DNA from: Nemertoderma westbladi
Taxonomy: Eukaryota; Animalia; Xenacoelomorpha
Direction of reading: 5' to 3'
Length of the DNA: 64,000 nt
Assembly (NCBI GenBank): GCA_032718475.1
Contig: JAUCBJ010008232.1
Span: 30,535-94,534 of the forward strand
Within the stretch, counting starts at the first letter, position 1. Every line of letters begins with the position of its first letter. Under the pieces are notes generated by a model. That model saw only the letters and a list, made by a program, of their open reading frames with translations. It did no database searches and was not told where the DNA came from. Positions 61,790 through 64,000 of the stretch are shown here, piece by piece. Both the position numbers and the translations under genes were made by a program.

Positions 61790-62358
61790 ACTACTACTAG
61801 TACTATGATCGGCATGCTGCATTGCAGCTGCATTTTTAAGAATGCTGTGCCGGCTTATCGACAAAATTGCACCGCCACAACTCCCTATCACCCATGACAT
61901 TTGCTAGATCATCCGCATCTTCAAGGCCAGTGTCCTTTAAGATGCGTCTCAAGAAAGTCATGGGCTATCCACCATGCTTATTCACTCCATGAGGCTGCCA
62001 AAGTACAAGATTATGCACTGGCTGGTCCTCACGGCGAAAGCAATGTCCTGCAAAGCGGAGGCGATTTTTTTCTAGTGTCAAGCTTGGGGGAACCAATGAA
62101 ACACCTCCAATGTTATATAGTGTTTGGTTGGAGATGTGTGCATTGTACTTGACACAATGAACCCGGCGTAGCATTCTTGTGAATGTGCCATCCAGAGATT
62201 TGGTGTCCTCAGCAGTTAGAGCCCAGCATGGACTCCCATAGAGGAGTACTGGAACTACTGCTGCTCTAAATAATCGGACCTTAAGTTTCCGATTAATTCT
62301 CGGTGACTTCCAAATCCTGGAAAGCCTATTCAAGGCTGCCCATGCCTTTCCCTTACGT
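61790..62358 (-). mobile_element. 5'-truncated RTE LINE, same family as 40986-42477
   Basis: Near-identical sequence; (TAG)n tail. Confidence 0.92.
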
Positions 62359-62370
62359 AAGTAGTAGGGG

Positions 62371-62674
62371 TTTGCTCCTCTCGGTGACAGTTAGACCTAA
62401 CTGACACCCATTGGGTGTCATATGACACCCAATTATCACCCTATGGGTGTCATTGGGTGTCATTGGCGCCAGACTGTCTGGGTGACACCTCCTAATTAGG
62501 CTAATTAGACCCTAATTGACAGGTGTCATCAATTAATTAGTACAATTAAACCCTAACAGGTGTCATATGACTCCTAATTAGGGTTTAATTGATTATCCTA
62601 ATTAATCAGACTGATTAGCGCCCTGACACACAATGGGTCATCAGTGAGGTCTAACTGTCGCAGAGAGGAGCAAA
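62371..62674. mobile_element. Fold-back/MITE-like element with ~50-bp inverted repeats
   Basis: TTTGCTCCTCTCGGTGACAGTTAGACCTAACTGA mirrored by TCAGTGAGGTCTAACTGTCGCAGAGAGGAGCAAA; many TGACAC/GTGTCA motifs. Confidence 0.7.
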
Positions 62675-63039
62675 GGGTGTCATAAGTGACACCGCGGCTC
62701 TTTTATTTATTAATACCTATTTATTTATATTTAATTTTAATTAATTATTTTATTTTATTTTACTTTATTTATTCAGTACTTTATTTTAAATTAATTAATT
62801 GTATTACTTTTACTTTATACATTGATTTCTTAGCCATACTTAGCCATAGGGTATACAGCTCCCCCACTGGCAACTAATTACTCTTATCTATATCCAGACA
62901 GCTTTATCGTTGACCTTTGACCCCCCAATTAGCTTTAACCAAGCAACAGCTTATTAATAATAGTTGTATCCAAGCGCCCCGCCCCCCCTCTCGTGACAGC
63001 TCTGATTACTAATTACTCTTACCTATATCCAGCCGTCTG

Positions 63040-63600
63040 CAGTTCCATAGTCTGCCGCTAGAGGGCGTATTATCTGAAAATTAACATCTTCTCTAACTTT
63101 GTTATTTTCAATCCGCAAAACTATGAAGTTATATTGCTTAAGAGTTCTAAGGGGCGAGCCATGAGGCAAGATGTTTGAGGCTTATTTAGCTATATTATTA
63201 CGGAATTTTGACCCCCCAAATGGCATCTACTACGGCATAGGCCATATCTTTTGCGGAGACATAGAGTAGTCTGAAGTTCCCCTGTCTGCCGCTAGAGGGC
63301 GTATTATTTGAAAATTAACATCTTCTCTAGCTTTGTTATTTATAATCCGCAAAACTATGAAGTTATATTGCTTAAGAGTTCTAAGGGGCGAGCCATGAGG
63401 CAAGATGTTTGAGACTTATTTAGATATATTATTACTTAATTTTGACCCCTCAATCGGTATCTATTACAATATGGGCTATATTTTTTGCGGAGTCACAGAG
63501 TAGTCTGAAGTTCCCCAGTCTGCCGCTAGAGGGCGAAATGTCTCAAAGTGAAAACCATATGGTAGCCATGAATTGGTTACTAGGCAATAATACTGCATTT
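63040..63600. repeat. 234-bp tandem repeat, also present once at ~27950-28200
   Basis: CCGCTAGAGGGCG at 63055, 63289, 63523; related CCGCTAGATGGCG at 28121. Confidence 0.88.
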
Positions 63601-63640
63601 TGCAACGTTAGGCCTATTGCTGACCGAACGAAAACTGCCC

Positions 63641-63714
63641 TGGTTCATGCAGGGATCGAACCCATGACATACGGGAGATGTGAATTCAACGCAACCACTA
63701 CACCAAGGTGGAAC
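63641..63714 (-). pseudogene. tRNA-derived sequence (SINE head or tRNA pseudogene, Val-like)
   Basis: A box TGGTGTAGTGG, B box GGTTCGATCC, TCACA in the anticodon position, ends GAACCA; stems degenerate. Confidence 0.6.
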
Positions 63715-63777
63715 AGTAACCGTCGAATTTGTTCGTTGACGTTCGAATTTGTAAGACTCTCATTTAAGACCTGACAC

Positions 63778-64000
63778 AGACTATGCCTCACTGAGGCATA
63801 GACTATGACTCACTGAGGCATAGACTATGACTCACTGAGGCACTGAGGCATAGACTATGCCTCACTGAGGCATAATGACTCACTGAGGCATAGACTATGC
63901 CTCACTGGGGCACTGAGGCATAGAATATGCCTCACTGAGGCATAGACTATGCCTCATTGAGGCATAGACTATGCCTCACTGAGGCATAGACTATGCCTCA
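63778..64000. repeat. 22-bp palindromic minisatellite (CTGAGGCATAGACTATGCCTCA)n, runs off the window
   Basis: TGAGGCATAG-A-CTATGCCTCA is a 10-bp inverted repeat. Confidence 0.95.

Noticed and set aside
63641-63714. Functional tRNA gene
   Set aside because: Acceptor, D and anticodon stems do not pair properly.

Overview
Animal (probably marine invertebrate) genomic DNA, AT-rich and dominated by nested transposable elements and satellites; no prokaryotic features. Positions 1-40.8 kb are one decayed Bel/Pao LTR element (minus strand) split by four dated insertions, each bounded by a target-site duplication (TSD): a 649-bp solo LTR, a 17.9-kb full-length Bel/Pao element, a full-length L2-type LINE and an RTE LINE. 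The RTE itself contains a TTAA-flanked composite DNA element and an 8.2-kb insert holding satellites and an intron-containing gene fragment (CNH-like exons plus a PDZ domain). From 44.5 kb a FOXRED2-like gene can be followed for four exons. The end of exon 4 and its GTAAGT splice donor are the monomer of a roughly 9-kb satellite. Two related solo-LTR-like elements sit in that satellite, and their minus strands carry repeated, covarying kink-turn hairpins and GNRA-loop hairpins. All family assignments are from motifs recognised by eye; no searches were run.
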